From Octopus vulgaris (taxonomy: Eukaryota), in NCBI GenBank assembly GCA_951406725.2, contig OX597814.1, positions 207,824,001 through 207,888,000 on the forward strand: a stretch of 64,000 nt of DNA. Reading direction: 5' to 3'. Positions within the stretch are counted from its first letter, which is position 1; each line of letters opens with the position of its first letter. Position numbers and translations under genes: made by a program. This document shows, piece by piece, positions 1-11,206 of the stretch. The notes under the pieces are model-generated. The model saw only the letters and a list, made by a program, of their open reading frames with translations, made no database searches and was not told the origin of the DNA.

Positions 1-663
1 TGTTCTACTTTATTTGCATCTATCCACCAGCCGACATGTCAAAATAAGTATCCATACAAATACACACACACACACTCACAGACACACATAAAGCAAAGTT
101 GGAGGGAAAGGTCTTGTAGATAAATGTTAAGTTTAGAAAGTTAAAAATGTGATTACTAGTAAAATATGTAGATTGTTGGAGATGAAAGTTGGGAAAAGTG
201 TATTAATCAAGACAAGAAGATAGATTGAAAAGCATGAGACTTCAAGTAGCTTGGTCTGAGCTGTCACTGTTACATTGGTGGAGCAAATTTATTATCCACT
301 TAATCACAAGAAAATTGGTGCTATTATATATATATATATATATATTGAGAGAAACACACATATATATTTATATAAGTAGGTTGCGTATTATATGTGTGTG
401 TGTGTGTGTGGGTATGTATTTATATGCATGTGACTGTGTATGTAATTATGTAATGGCATTTATTGAAAATGCTCCAGATAAGAAACAAAAGCTAACTGAC
501 ATAAGCTAGACGCAGCTACAATCAGGTTGAAAGCTTAGTAATAAGAAAACAATGCCAGACTGAGGAAAGATCTGACAAGCAACAAAATCAGCAGCAAGGA
601 ATGGTAAAACTCAAATTCTCTCTCTCTATCTGTTAGTCTGTTTCTCTTACTCTCTCTCTGTCT

Positions 664-712
<49 letters not shown>

Positions 713-910
713 TTCTTTCTTTCCCTCTCTCTCTTTCTCTCTCTAAGGACACACCATTTCCATATCACCATCATCAAAAATATTGCAACTGCACATACCC
801 ACTTTAAATGTCAAAACTCCTGTCCTTTTTCAAGCTTTTACCAGAAAAAAGTTATGTGCAGCAAATACTGAGAACCAACTACAGATATCAGGCAATCTTT
901 TCATCATTAA

Positions 911-913
911 ATG

Positions 914-946
<33 letters not shown>

Positions 947-986
947 GAGATAAATGATAATAATAATAATAATAATAATGGAGATA

Positions 987-1018
<32 letters not shown>

Positions 1019-1290
1019 CATTGTGTACAGTGCTCAGGTGCACTACAACTCATCTAAAGTGTATATATAATCAGGTGTAGTTTCGGCGGATTTCGGAAAG
1101 CATGAGGGCCTTAAAGGATGCAGTGTCATGGCAGTCAACAACTGACGCAGGCAGTTTATTCCATGCTTCAGCAACTCTGAGCGTGAAAAAATGTTTCCGA
1201 AAGTCATGGGAGCTGTGTTGTTTTCTGACTTTGTAGGCATGTCCACGTGTGTTAGACACATGGAGATCAAAAAGGTGTTCAGTGTTGTTG
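911..1290 (-). mobile_element. CR1-like LINE 3' end with (ATT)n tail
   Basis: ORF 1071-1259 SNTRGHAYKVRK...RKHFFTLRVAEAWNKLP...FK is the CR1 ORF2 C-terminus, followed by tgcacctgagcactgtac and (TAT)n. Confidence 0.85.
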
Positions 1291-3171
1291 TTGGTGAAAC
1301 AACAAAAACCTATCCTGATAAAATTCCAGCCAAAGTCATAAAAATAATTGTAAAAAGAAACGGGTGGCCTCTTGATGTCACATATTTCACATGTATGTTA
1401 TTTATGGTTTATTTCCAAACCTGTGATAGGTTGCTGCTACATGATAACTAGTGCTATCACACCTGTACACTCTTTGAAAGTATATTGCCAAGACAAATAC
1501 ATTGGCCAGAATACATATACCAAAACTACCGCACAAAGACGTGATCGGTATTTGTTCAGTCAAAAACAGAAAGAACCTTCTGAACCCAAATTCACAATCG
1601 CTTCCTGTAACCTTCACCCTCTACGATGAAATCAGTCATTGGGCCTCATTCAAAACTAAAATCTATAATTGGGTCATTGTCTCAAAAGCATTCAGTGTTT
1701 GGACAAATTAGTATGTTTATTGTTCATTTGTTTTATGTCTGGTTTACTGTCCTAGCAATGGTTGCGAAAATGCACATTGAGGCATTATTTTATAGCTGAA
1801 GGCTCTTCCTGTTGCTAAGATTTATCCTCTTATCAAGTAAAGGATTTTTTTATTCTACACACCTTTTAGAAGTACAAAGCCAACAGATGGCTTGTTGAAT
1901 TGTTTACAGGCTTCTTTCACCATTTGTAACTTTACTGCCGACTCTAAACTTTACAAAGGTACATTCATGTTCACACACATTCATATACATCTATACATCA
2001 TTTAATGTCCATGTTCCATATTGGTATGGACTGGACAGTTTAGTAGGACCCAATGGGTCATATTCCAGGGTCTGCTTTGGTATGGTTTCTACCTCATACA
2101 TACGATGGGCTCCATATAGTTTCCATCTCCAATATTATCTGAATAAATCAACCCAAAGATACGGTAGAAGACACTCAAGGTGCCATACTGTAGGTGAACC
2201 TCAAACCACATGCTTGCGAGACAAACTTCTTAGCCACTCAACTATATCTGTGACAATAAATGAGTTTGTTATGTACTCACACACACACGTATATAATATG
2301 CACACAACTACTCTATATTGATAGGTATAGGCATGAAGACATGACTGTGGTTTGAAGGTTGACTTCCCAACCCCTTGGTTTTGAAGTTCAATCCCAACTG
2401 TGTGGCACACTGGGCAAGTGAATTCTACTATAACCAAAGTCTTTGAGGTGGATTTGGTAGAGGGAAACTGAAAGAAGCCCATTACATGAGTGTGTGTATT
2501 TGTCTCTCCTTATCTTAACAATGCATGATAATTGTGAGAGTCTGTCACTGGTGTCATTTGTTTCTCATCATTCGTGAAAAGATGTTTGGCTATGAGAAAA
2601 TATCTTGCTTGGAAACAGGTGAGTGTTAGTGACAGCAAGGGTATCCATCTGTAGGAAATCTGGCTCCATGAATTCCATCTGATCCGTACAAGCACAGAAA
2701 AGTGGATAGGCATTTGAATATAGTTATGTAAGTTATATACATAAATTAAAAAGTTTGTGTTTATAAACATATAATCATTTCCTACAAGTAAATGCTCAGG
2801 GTAAGCAATTGGCATTAATAAAATGATTGTCAATAAATGATCTCATTATGTAAAAATATTTTGACAGCAAAAATATTCACTTACAGTGATTTGTATAAGA
2901 CTAGTTCTATTTTCTTCACACTAGAATTTATTTGGTACTCTCAGACAAATTCCAAAGTGAAGGTTATCAGGACTAGTCATATATTATTATTTTGGAAAAT
3001 ATACATATCTACCCTGCAGATGTATTTATATATTGCATACTTTAAATTGTGGTCCTCTATTTTAAACTGGAAAATAACAATTATGTGTGTGTTTGGAGTT
3101 AATTTGCTGTTAAAATATTTTTTACATATTGTCTAATAGGAATAAGATTTTTTTTTCATATATGTAAACAC

Positions 3172-4616
3172 ATTCATTATCATAATTTTTCAGCCATTTT
3201 TCTATGCATGCATAGTTTGGTTGAGTCTTTTCCAACCCAGTTTTCACCACTGCTGCACAAACCTTCCTTGTCTTCCTCTTTCACAATTTCCACCAACTTG
3301 GATCTTCTGGCACTTCTTTACCCGTATACTATTTCCATATGTATTACATTTTTGTACCGATGCAGTCTTCTCTCTTGCACACTACACTTGATGTGTCTTA
3401 TTAGTTATATGTCTCAGCTCATTTATAACACATCACTCATACACACTGATATTACATCCAGTGGAACATGCTTACTTCCTTTACTTTCAGCCTTTGCACA
3501 TGTTCTACATTCAATACCCACACCTCACTCCCATGCACTAATTTGCATCACATTTTGTAAGCAAATACATACAGGATTCTGTTGTCTCAAACAGAGAGAG
3601 TCATCTTGTCAGTAGATACTCTCTGAACATTTTTTTCCCCCTCTATTCTGATTCTGACTACTCTATTTTCAAATCATCTTTTCCATTACTGATTGGGTCA
3701 CCTAAGCAGCTGAAGTTATCAACTCTTCTATTGAACTTTCATTTATTGCCAGAAATTTATTTTACTGGTGTTCTGATTGCTAACTACTCCTGTGCATCTA
3801 CAACGGACATGGTCATTATTCACTGGCAGACTGTCTTTGATTCTGCTATACTCCTTGTGCATTCATAAGTCATATTAAGTACACTGTATGGCAGAAAAAG
3901 TCCTGCCTTCTTTCCTAATTACTTAACCTTAGTCTTCAAGTTTACTCTGAGGTCCCTCAGTACTAGGTTTTACCTCCACATCTGGAATTTTTTCACAGAC
4001 TCTGGAAATTTAGGTAATCTGCATATAAGAATTCCCATCAACAGCTAGTCTTAAATGTTTCTGCTAGATCTTGGCGAACCATAATAAATATGAGTGAACT
4101 AGGAATCTTTGATGAATACCTAACTGTATGCTAGACTCATTACTATACTCATTGCAAACTCTCACTTCATTGACTGCATCTCTGACTTGCATCCCTTTCA
4201 CAAGTTTTCTTAGCGACTGCCAGGCTACAGACTGAAGTGATCTCCAAATCAACAAATGCTAGGAAAGCATAGCTAAAAACTTCTCTTGCAGTTCTGTCAC
4301 TATAAAGAGAGAATCAGCAGTATGTACTCTGAGCTGACCCAAATCCAAGCTGCATCTCATCTAAGTGCACTCTTTTCCTAATCAATTTTGCTGATATCCT
4401 TCCTGTTACTTCTATAACTTGTTCTTTCAGTTTAATGTTTGTGTTCTTTTCTCTTAAACATTTCCTTTGTCTTTGTTGCAGTTTACAATTATACTACAAC
4501 ACTAGTTGATTTTGTTGGTAACTAGTTTGGGTCTTACATCATCAGATATTTTCAACATTTCAGCAATTATTCTTCATGGATCCACTGCTTTCTCCAGCTT
4601 CATATTCTCCATAGCC
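3172..4616 (-). mobile_element. Heavily decayed RTE-like LINE (same family as 30100-31285)
   Basis: Minus strand shows MKLEKAVDP.RIIAEMLK, ANEYSNE, VPQSKLED*G, LQLLR*P remnants parallel to 30100-31285, ending in a catgca.gcat.gaaaa...atgat tail. Confidence 0.7.
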
Positions 4617-5002
4617 GAGTGGAGGCGCAATGGCCCAGTGGTTAGGGCAGCGGACTCGCGGTCATAGGATCGCGGTTTCAATTCCCAGACCGGGCGTTGT
4701 GAGTGTTTATTGAGCGAAAACACCTAAAAGCTCCACAAGGCTCCGGCAGGGATGGTGGTGATCCCTGCTGTACTCTTTCACCACAACTTTCTCTCACTCT
4801 TACTTCCTGTTTCTGTTGTACCTGTATTTCAAGGGGCCGGCCTTGTCACTCTCTGTGTCACGCTGAATATCCCCGAGAACTACATTAAGGGTGCACGTGT
4901 CTGTGGAGTGCTCAGCCACTTACACATTAATTTCACGAGCAGGCTGTTCTGTTGATTCAGATCAACCGGAACCCTCATCGTCGTAACCGACGGAGTGCTT
5001 CC
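4617..5002 (+). mobile_element. tRNA-derived SINE (type D) with 13-bp TSD
   Basis: Head ggaggcgcaatggcccagtggttagggc...ggtttcaattccc (pol III A/B-box-like); TSD attctccatagcc at 4604-4616 and 5003-5015. Confidence 0.88.
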
Positions 5003-5811
5003 ATTCTCCATAGCCATAAAAATGAATAAAAGTAGGGAATAGTCTCTACCTACATATGCATATAAACAAATATGAACACTTTATATATTCAACATGACAG
5101 ATACACATATTTGTGTTTTAATACCATTATACACATATACATAATTTAATATACATGTATTTATTATTACTATTTTATAAAGTAATATGAGATAAAATGT
5201 CTCTGAAAATTTGCAGAGTCATTAGATGTAAACCCGCATGCAATATAACATTCACTTTCTAATGACACTTAACAAAGAATTTCTGCCATCATGACAACCA
5301 TATTTAATGTATTCTGGATCTGAACTAATGGCACATGGAAATAAATGTGTTACACTTTAATAGATATATTGAACTCAAAAGTATATGTGCCTAACTAGCA
5401 TCAAAATAGTAGCTATTTACTCAATTTTATACTGAATTCCATGCATGAAATAAGTGGTTTTTTAATGTACTAGAAATTAATTACGTTCTGTAGTTAACAA
5501 TTATTGATTTTTAACATAGGCACAAGACCATGATTAATTTTTGGAGAAGTGTTAGTTGATTAATTCAACCCCAATATTTGACTGCTACTGTATTTTATCA
5601 ACTCCAGAAGGATGAAAGGTAAAGCTGATCTTAATACGATTTAAAGCAATTAAATATATCAAGCCAATTTGTCTGACACCAATGAATCAGCCGATCTTCC
5701 GCCATTATCTAGATTTAATAATTAATATATGCTTATAGTTTTACTCTGCAGAGCCACTCTCTGTTCAGATGGCACATCCCTTATGTATGTATGTATGTGT
5801 GTATGTATGCA

Positions 5812-5856
<45 letters not shown>

Positions 5857-6080
5857 ATGTGTGTGTGTGTGTGTGTGTATGTATATATGTATGTGTGTGT
5901 GTATGTATATATGTATGTGTGTGTGTATGTATATATGTGTGTGTGTGTATGTATATATGTGTGTGTGTGTATGTATGTATATGTATGAGTGTGTGTGTGT
6001 ATATATGTATGTATATGTATGTGTGTGTGTATATATGTATGTATATATATATGTATGCATATATATATATATATATATAT

Positions 6081-7066
6081 AGGGGAGAATTCACAAAAAA
6101 AACAAAAGATGAAGACAGGTCGTGTACAAAACAAACAGATGTATTAGTATATAATGCTTGGGAAGTGAAAAAGTCTTTAATGCTTCGAGCCTACGCTCTT
6201 CCAAAGAAAGAAACAAGGAGAGAAAATAAAGAATGTGTCGTGGCTAGCGATCTATCATGGTGGATGCCAGACAGAAGGGTCACACAGCAGAGTTAGGGTG
6301 AAGGGGAGGTAATAAAGTAGTGGTGATCCCAAAACGAAGGTGCGCATGCATGTGTATAAGAGAGTTTGTATGTTCGTGTGGAAGAGGGCTGATGATCTTG
6401 ATGTGTGCCTGTTTGTATGTGTAGGTTTGAAAATGTGGGTCTGGGAAGTGGTCAGTTCTGGTGTGTGCGTGATGGTGTGTTGTGATGTAATGTGTTGTGT
6501 GGTATGGTGTAGTGGTGTGGTATGATGGTGTTGGGAGGTGGGTTGTGGGTTAGGCTGAGTGTGGGGCATGTGGTTAGGCAGAGGGTGGGGTATAGGTGGT
6601 GTATGTGGGAGTGGGTGTAAGAGATGGGGAAGGTAGGGTGGAATGTGTAGGAGTGGGGTAGGCTTATGAGGGAGGGGGTGATGATGAAGGGGTGAAGGAG
6701 AAGGTGGGTAGGAGTCGAAAGAAGAGAGGAGAGGTGGTTGGGAGGTAGTAGTTGTGAGGAGGAGAGAGCCGAGGGGAGGAGGTTAGATGAAGCCGGGAGG
6801 AGAGTTGAGCCCATGTGGCACAAAAGAGTGAAGAGAGAGGATTAATCCCTGTTCACAGCACAAACAGGAGTCCGGATGACCCCTGTGCAAGTACAATCTG
6901 AAAACAGACAGGTGTTGAAAAGAGTGACAAGTAGAGCGGAAAAGACACAAGACTGGAGTGTCATTGCTGAATCGAATATCTTGGAGGTGTTCATGAACCG
7001 GTCAGTCAAGTGGCGTCCCATTTGCCCGATGTGTAGTGAAGGGAAGAGAGAGCAGGAGATGAAGTA
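6081..7066 (-). mobile_element. Penelope-like retroelement 3' remnant with degenerate GIY-YIG endonuclease
   Basis: Minus strand ~6783-7066 reads (with a frameshift) [36 protein letters not shown]...CHSFQHLSVF...EQGLILSLHSFVPHGLNSLPASS*, matching the PLE motifs YIGQTGR..RF.EH and P.GLN. Followed by a pyrimidine-rich 3' region and a decayed hammerhead-like terminus (6174-6210); flanked by (TA)n. Confidence 0.8.
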
Positions 7067-7387
7067 GATGATATTAGTAAAAGTGCATTATATGTATGTA
7101 TGTATATATATATATGTATGTTTATGTATGTATACATGTATATATATATATATGTGTGTGTATATATATATATGTATGTATATATATATGTATGTAAATA
7201 TATATGTATATATATATATGCATATATATATATGTATATATGCATATATATGTATAAATATATATGTGCATATATATATATGTGCATGTATATTTACATA
7301 TATATATCTACATATACATATGTGTATGTATATTTACATATATATATCTACATATACATATATGTATGTATATATATGTGTATATAT

Positions 7388-7442
<55 letters not shown>

Positions 7443-7491
7443 TATATATATGTACGGATATATATGTATATCTATATACATATACATATAT

Positions 7492-7523
<32 letters not shown>

Positions 7524-7578
7524 GAATATACATGCATATATATATTTATACATATACACATACATATATGTATATACA

Positions 7579-7614
<36 letters not shown>

Positions 7615-7974
7615 CATATATCATCATCATCATCGTTGAATGTCCACTTTCCATGCTGGTATATGTTGCACAGTTTGACTGAGGACTAGCAAACCAGATG
7701 GCTGCAGCAATCACCAATCTGATCTGGCAGAATTTCTTCAGCTGGATGCCCTTCCTAACACCAACCACTATGAGAGTGCAGTGGGTGCTTTTACATGACA
7801 CTGACACGAAGGCCAGTCAGACAGTACTGGCAACAGCCATGCTTGAATGGTGTTTTTTATGCACCACCTGCACAGGATCCAGTCCAGCGGCACTGGCAAT
7901 GAGTCGCTCGAATGTTGTTTTTCATGTGCCACCGGCATATACATATATATACATACATATATCTATATGCATAC

Positions 7975-8007
<33 letters not shown>

Positions 8008-8043
8008 CACATACATATATGTATAGGCATATATATATATATA

Positions 8044-8271
8044 TATTTCTTTATTGCCCACAAGGGGCTAAACACAGACAGGACAAACAAGGACAGGCAA
8101 ACGGATTAAGTTGATTACATCGACCCCAGTGCGTAACTGGTACTTAATTTATCGACCACGAAAGGATGAAAGGCAAAGTCGACCTCGGCGGAATTTGAAC
8201 TCAGAACGTAACGGCAGATGAAATACGGCTACGCATTTCGCCCGGCGTGTTAACGTTTCTGCCTGCTCGCC
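8044..8271 (-). mobile_element. SINE type B
   Basis: Reverse complement of ggcagaaacgtta.cacgccgggcgaaatg...gagttcaaattccgccgaggtcgactttgcctttcatcc...gtgggcaataaagaaata. Other copies at 11546-11740, 28369-28500, 58835-59050. Confidence 0.88.
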
Positions 8272-8287
8272 ACACATACATACAGGC

Positions 8288-8320
<33 letters not shown>

Positions 8321-8339
8321 CATACATATATTATTTTTT

Positions 8340-8674
8340 TTATTATTTTATATAGTTTCAGCTCACAAGCTGTGGCCATGCTGGGGCACCACCATTTGGT
8401 GTTGCTACATGATTTTACTTCGCAAATGCTTTTTAGCAAATGCCATCTGATGCATGAGAGAGTTCGATGCAGCTGCCCTCATCTGCACCTCCTGCCGTGA
8501 AGTTGGTTCATCTGGGACACCTGACAAGAAGAGATCCAGTTTCATTTTAAAGACATTTGCATCCACCCCATGCAGGTCTCTTAGGTTCTTCGGGAGGATA
8601 TTGAAGAGCTGTGGGCCTCGGAAGCTCAGGCTATCACAGTATCTTGTCCTACATCTTGATGGCAAATTTGGAGT
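8340..8674 (-). mobile_element. CR1/L2-group LINE 3' end
   Basis: ORF RTRYCDSLSFRGPQLFNILPKNLRDL...FKMKLDLFLSGVPDEP followed by a ggtgccccagcatggccacagc...ctgaaac tail. Confidence 0.8.
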
Positions 8675-8710
8675 CATCATCATCATCATCATCATGAATA
8701 TATATATATA

Positions 8711-8756
<46 letters not shown>

Positions 8757-9426
8757 TATACATATATCAGAAAAGGTAGGTTCAAAAAGAACAATTCAAA
8801 CTTTTTGGGGTATCCAAAAAGAGAGAAATGGTGATTTCTAATAAGGATTCATATTCATGAAAATCAGCCAAAACAGGTAAGAAGAATATGAAAATAATAT
8901 TCAAGGAGATTCGTTATAGATATAACAATATCCCATAAACATGTATAAAAAATGGAGAGAAGATATGGCAAAAGAAAAAGATTTATCATAAAACTGTTTT
9001 ATAATAAATCTATTTCTGTTGCCATATCTTTTCTCCATTTTTTCATACCTGTTTATGGTATATTCTTCTACCTATAACGAATCTCCTCGAATACATACAC
9101 ATATGTATAGATATAGCACGTAAAAAGCACCATCCGTCCGTGGCCGTTTGCCAGCTCCGTCTACACTCACGGAGTGGTTGGCGTTAGGAAGGGCATCCAG
9201 CTGTAGAAACACTGCCAGATCAGACTGGGCCTGATGCAGCCTTCTGGCTTCACAGACCCCAGTTGAACCGTCCAACCCATGCTAGCATGGAAAGCGGACG
9301 CTAAATGATGATGATGATGATGATGATTTATATATATATATGTATAGATATATATGCATAGACATACATGCATATATATATGTATTGATATATAAGCATT
9401 ATATATATGCATATATATCTATAAGT

Positions 9427-9808
9427 GCATTGAAAGCTACACCAATGCCAGAACGGGATGACACAGCATAGTGCCAAAGATCCCAGCAATGCCATCATGC
9501 TTCAGGACTAGTTACTGCAACAGCCTGGGTTTCAAGGGCCCACAGCTTTTTAATATTCTCCCAAAGAGTCTGAGGAACTTGCACAAAGTAGATGTAGCGG
9601 TTTTTAAATCAAAGCTGGACCTCTTCCTGTCGAGAGTCCCAGATGAACCTACCTCACGGCAAGGGGTGCAAATGAGAGTAGCTATATCAAACTCCATTCT
9701 TCACCAAGTGCCACATATTAGAGGAGGCTCTTAGTAATAACAGTGTAGCACAAAACGACGGTGCATCAGCATGGCCGCTGCTCTAAACTGAAACTAAAAA
9801 AAGAAAAT
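9427..9808 (+). mobile_element. CR1/L2-group LINE 3' end
   Basis: ORF 9471-9734 RTSYCNSLGFKGPQLFNILPK...FKSKLDLFLSRVPDEP; tail cagcatggccgc...ctgaaactaaaa. A deleted copy lies at 36520-36716. Confidence 0.8.
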
Positions 9809-9854
9809 ATGTATAGATATATATGCATATACATATGTATATATATATATATAC

Positions 9855-9898
<44 letters not shown>

Positions 9899-9995
9899 CT
9901 ATATAATACAATGTATGTATATATATACGTATATATATATATGTGTGTGTGTGTGTATATATATATGTATGTATTTGAGTATGTATATATGTATG

Positions 9996-10026
<31 letters not shown>

Positions 10027-10099
10027 TTGTGTGTATATATGTGTGTGTATATATATGTGTATGGATATAGATACTTATGTATATATACATATATATGTG

Positions 10100-10132
<33 letters not shown>

Positions 10133-10209
10133 GTGTTTGTGTGTATATATGTGTGTGTATATATATGTGTATGGATATAGATACTTATGTATATATACAT
10201 ATATATGTG

Positions 10210-10242
<33 letters not shown>

Positions 10243-10298
10243 ATATATAAATGAATAAATAAATGGAGTTGAATGAAGATGTTAATAAAATTCTTTTA

Positions 10299-10380
10299 CT
10301 TTCGACATATGTTTCGAAAACAACATGGCTTTATTCCAAAGGAATAAAAGGTGTAAAATGCAATCTTCTCATCAGGAAAG
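10299..10380 (-). ncRNA. Hammerhead ribozyme motif, inverted copy of 10750-10831
   Basis: Reverse complement has the same core; stem II 3' strand is gttttc instead of gtcttc, so a G-U wobble keeps the pairing. Confidence 0.82.
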
Positions 10381-10749
10381 AAAGAGAGCCTCTCTCAACA
10401 ACAAGACATTATAACAATTACGATGACTGCCTACATGATAAACAGAACGTTATTAAGTATGTATATATCTATGATTTCGCCAGTGTTTATAGTTTGAACA
10501 GTTAGTTGAACTTGCACTTTTCTTCAATAGAGAAGTCTATTTCTAAGCCTTTGAACATTTTCTTTTAATCAACGTATCCCTCTCTATTTGTTCTCTACTT
10601 ATTATTCCTTTAACCCTTCTCTTCCTACTATCTGCCTTTGACGTCAAATCTACTAACGGTTTTTTTTAAAAACTTAATAACGTTCTGTTTATCATGTAGG
10701 CAGTCAACATAATTGTTATAATGTCTTGATGTTGAGAGAGGCTCTCTTT

Positions 10750-10831
10750 CTTTCCTGATGAGAAGATTGCATTTTACACCTTTTATTCCTTTGGAATAAA
10801 ACCATGTTGTCTTCGAAACATATGTCGAAAG
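10750..10831 (+). ncRNA. Type-I hammerhead ribozyme motif in a Penelope-like terminus
   Basis: ctttc-CTGATGA(10755-61)-gaagat...gtcttc-GAAA(10815-18)-catatg-TC(10825-26)-gaaag. Complete core, stems I and II, palindromic stem III (ACATATGT), GUC cleavage triplet. Confidence 0.85.
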
Positions 10832-11040
10832 TAAAAGAATTTTATTAACATCTTCGTTCAACTCCATTTATTTATTCATTTATTCATTTATAACACAAAA
10901 ATTACTGCACATTAACCCGGAGTTTCTACCTTTGGATAGGTTGCTTCAACTATGTTTCTGACGTGAATTTTCTACCCTAGTAACGGTTCATTGAATTTTC
11001 CATGTTAACGGTAAACATAGGATAATTCATTCACCCATTG

Positions 11041-11076
<36 letters not shown>

Positions 11077-11168
11077 GTATACATACATATATATATACAC
11101 ATGTATACATACATATATATATATATATATACACATGTATACATACATATATATATATACACACATGT

Positions 11169-11204
<36 letters not shown>

Positions 11205-11206
<2 letters not shown>

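Larger units (their letters stand above)
10247..11041 (+). mobile_element. Penelope-like element end with inverted terminal duplication
   Basis: 10247-10458 is the reverse complement of 10672-10883; the plus copy extends ~160 bp further to a (TA)n tract; each arm carries a hammerhead motif. Confidence 0.75.

Noticed and set aside
1290-1710. Non-repetitive-looking segment with short ORFs on both strands
   Set aside because: No recognisable domain, stops in the frames read, no consistent splice sites; needs BLASTX.
4621-4695. tRNA gene (also the heads at 12981, 29649, 56161)
   Set aside because: A/B-box-like heads run into SINE bodies, some with TSDs; no complete cloverleaf seen.
10263-10867. 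Two near-identical 80-aa ORFs ([12 protein letters not shown]...) on opposite strands
   Set aside because: They are the antisense reading of the hammerhead-bearing inverted repeat, not a duplicated gene.
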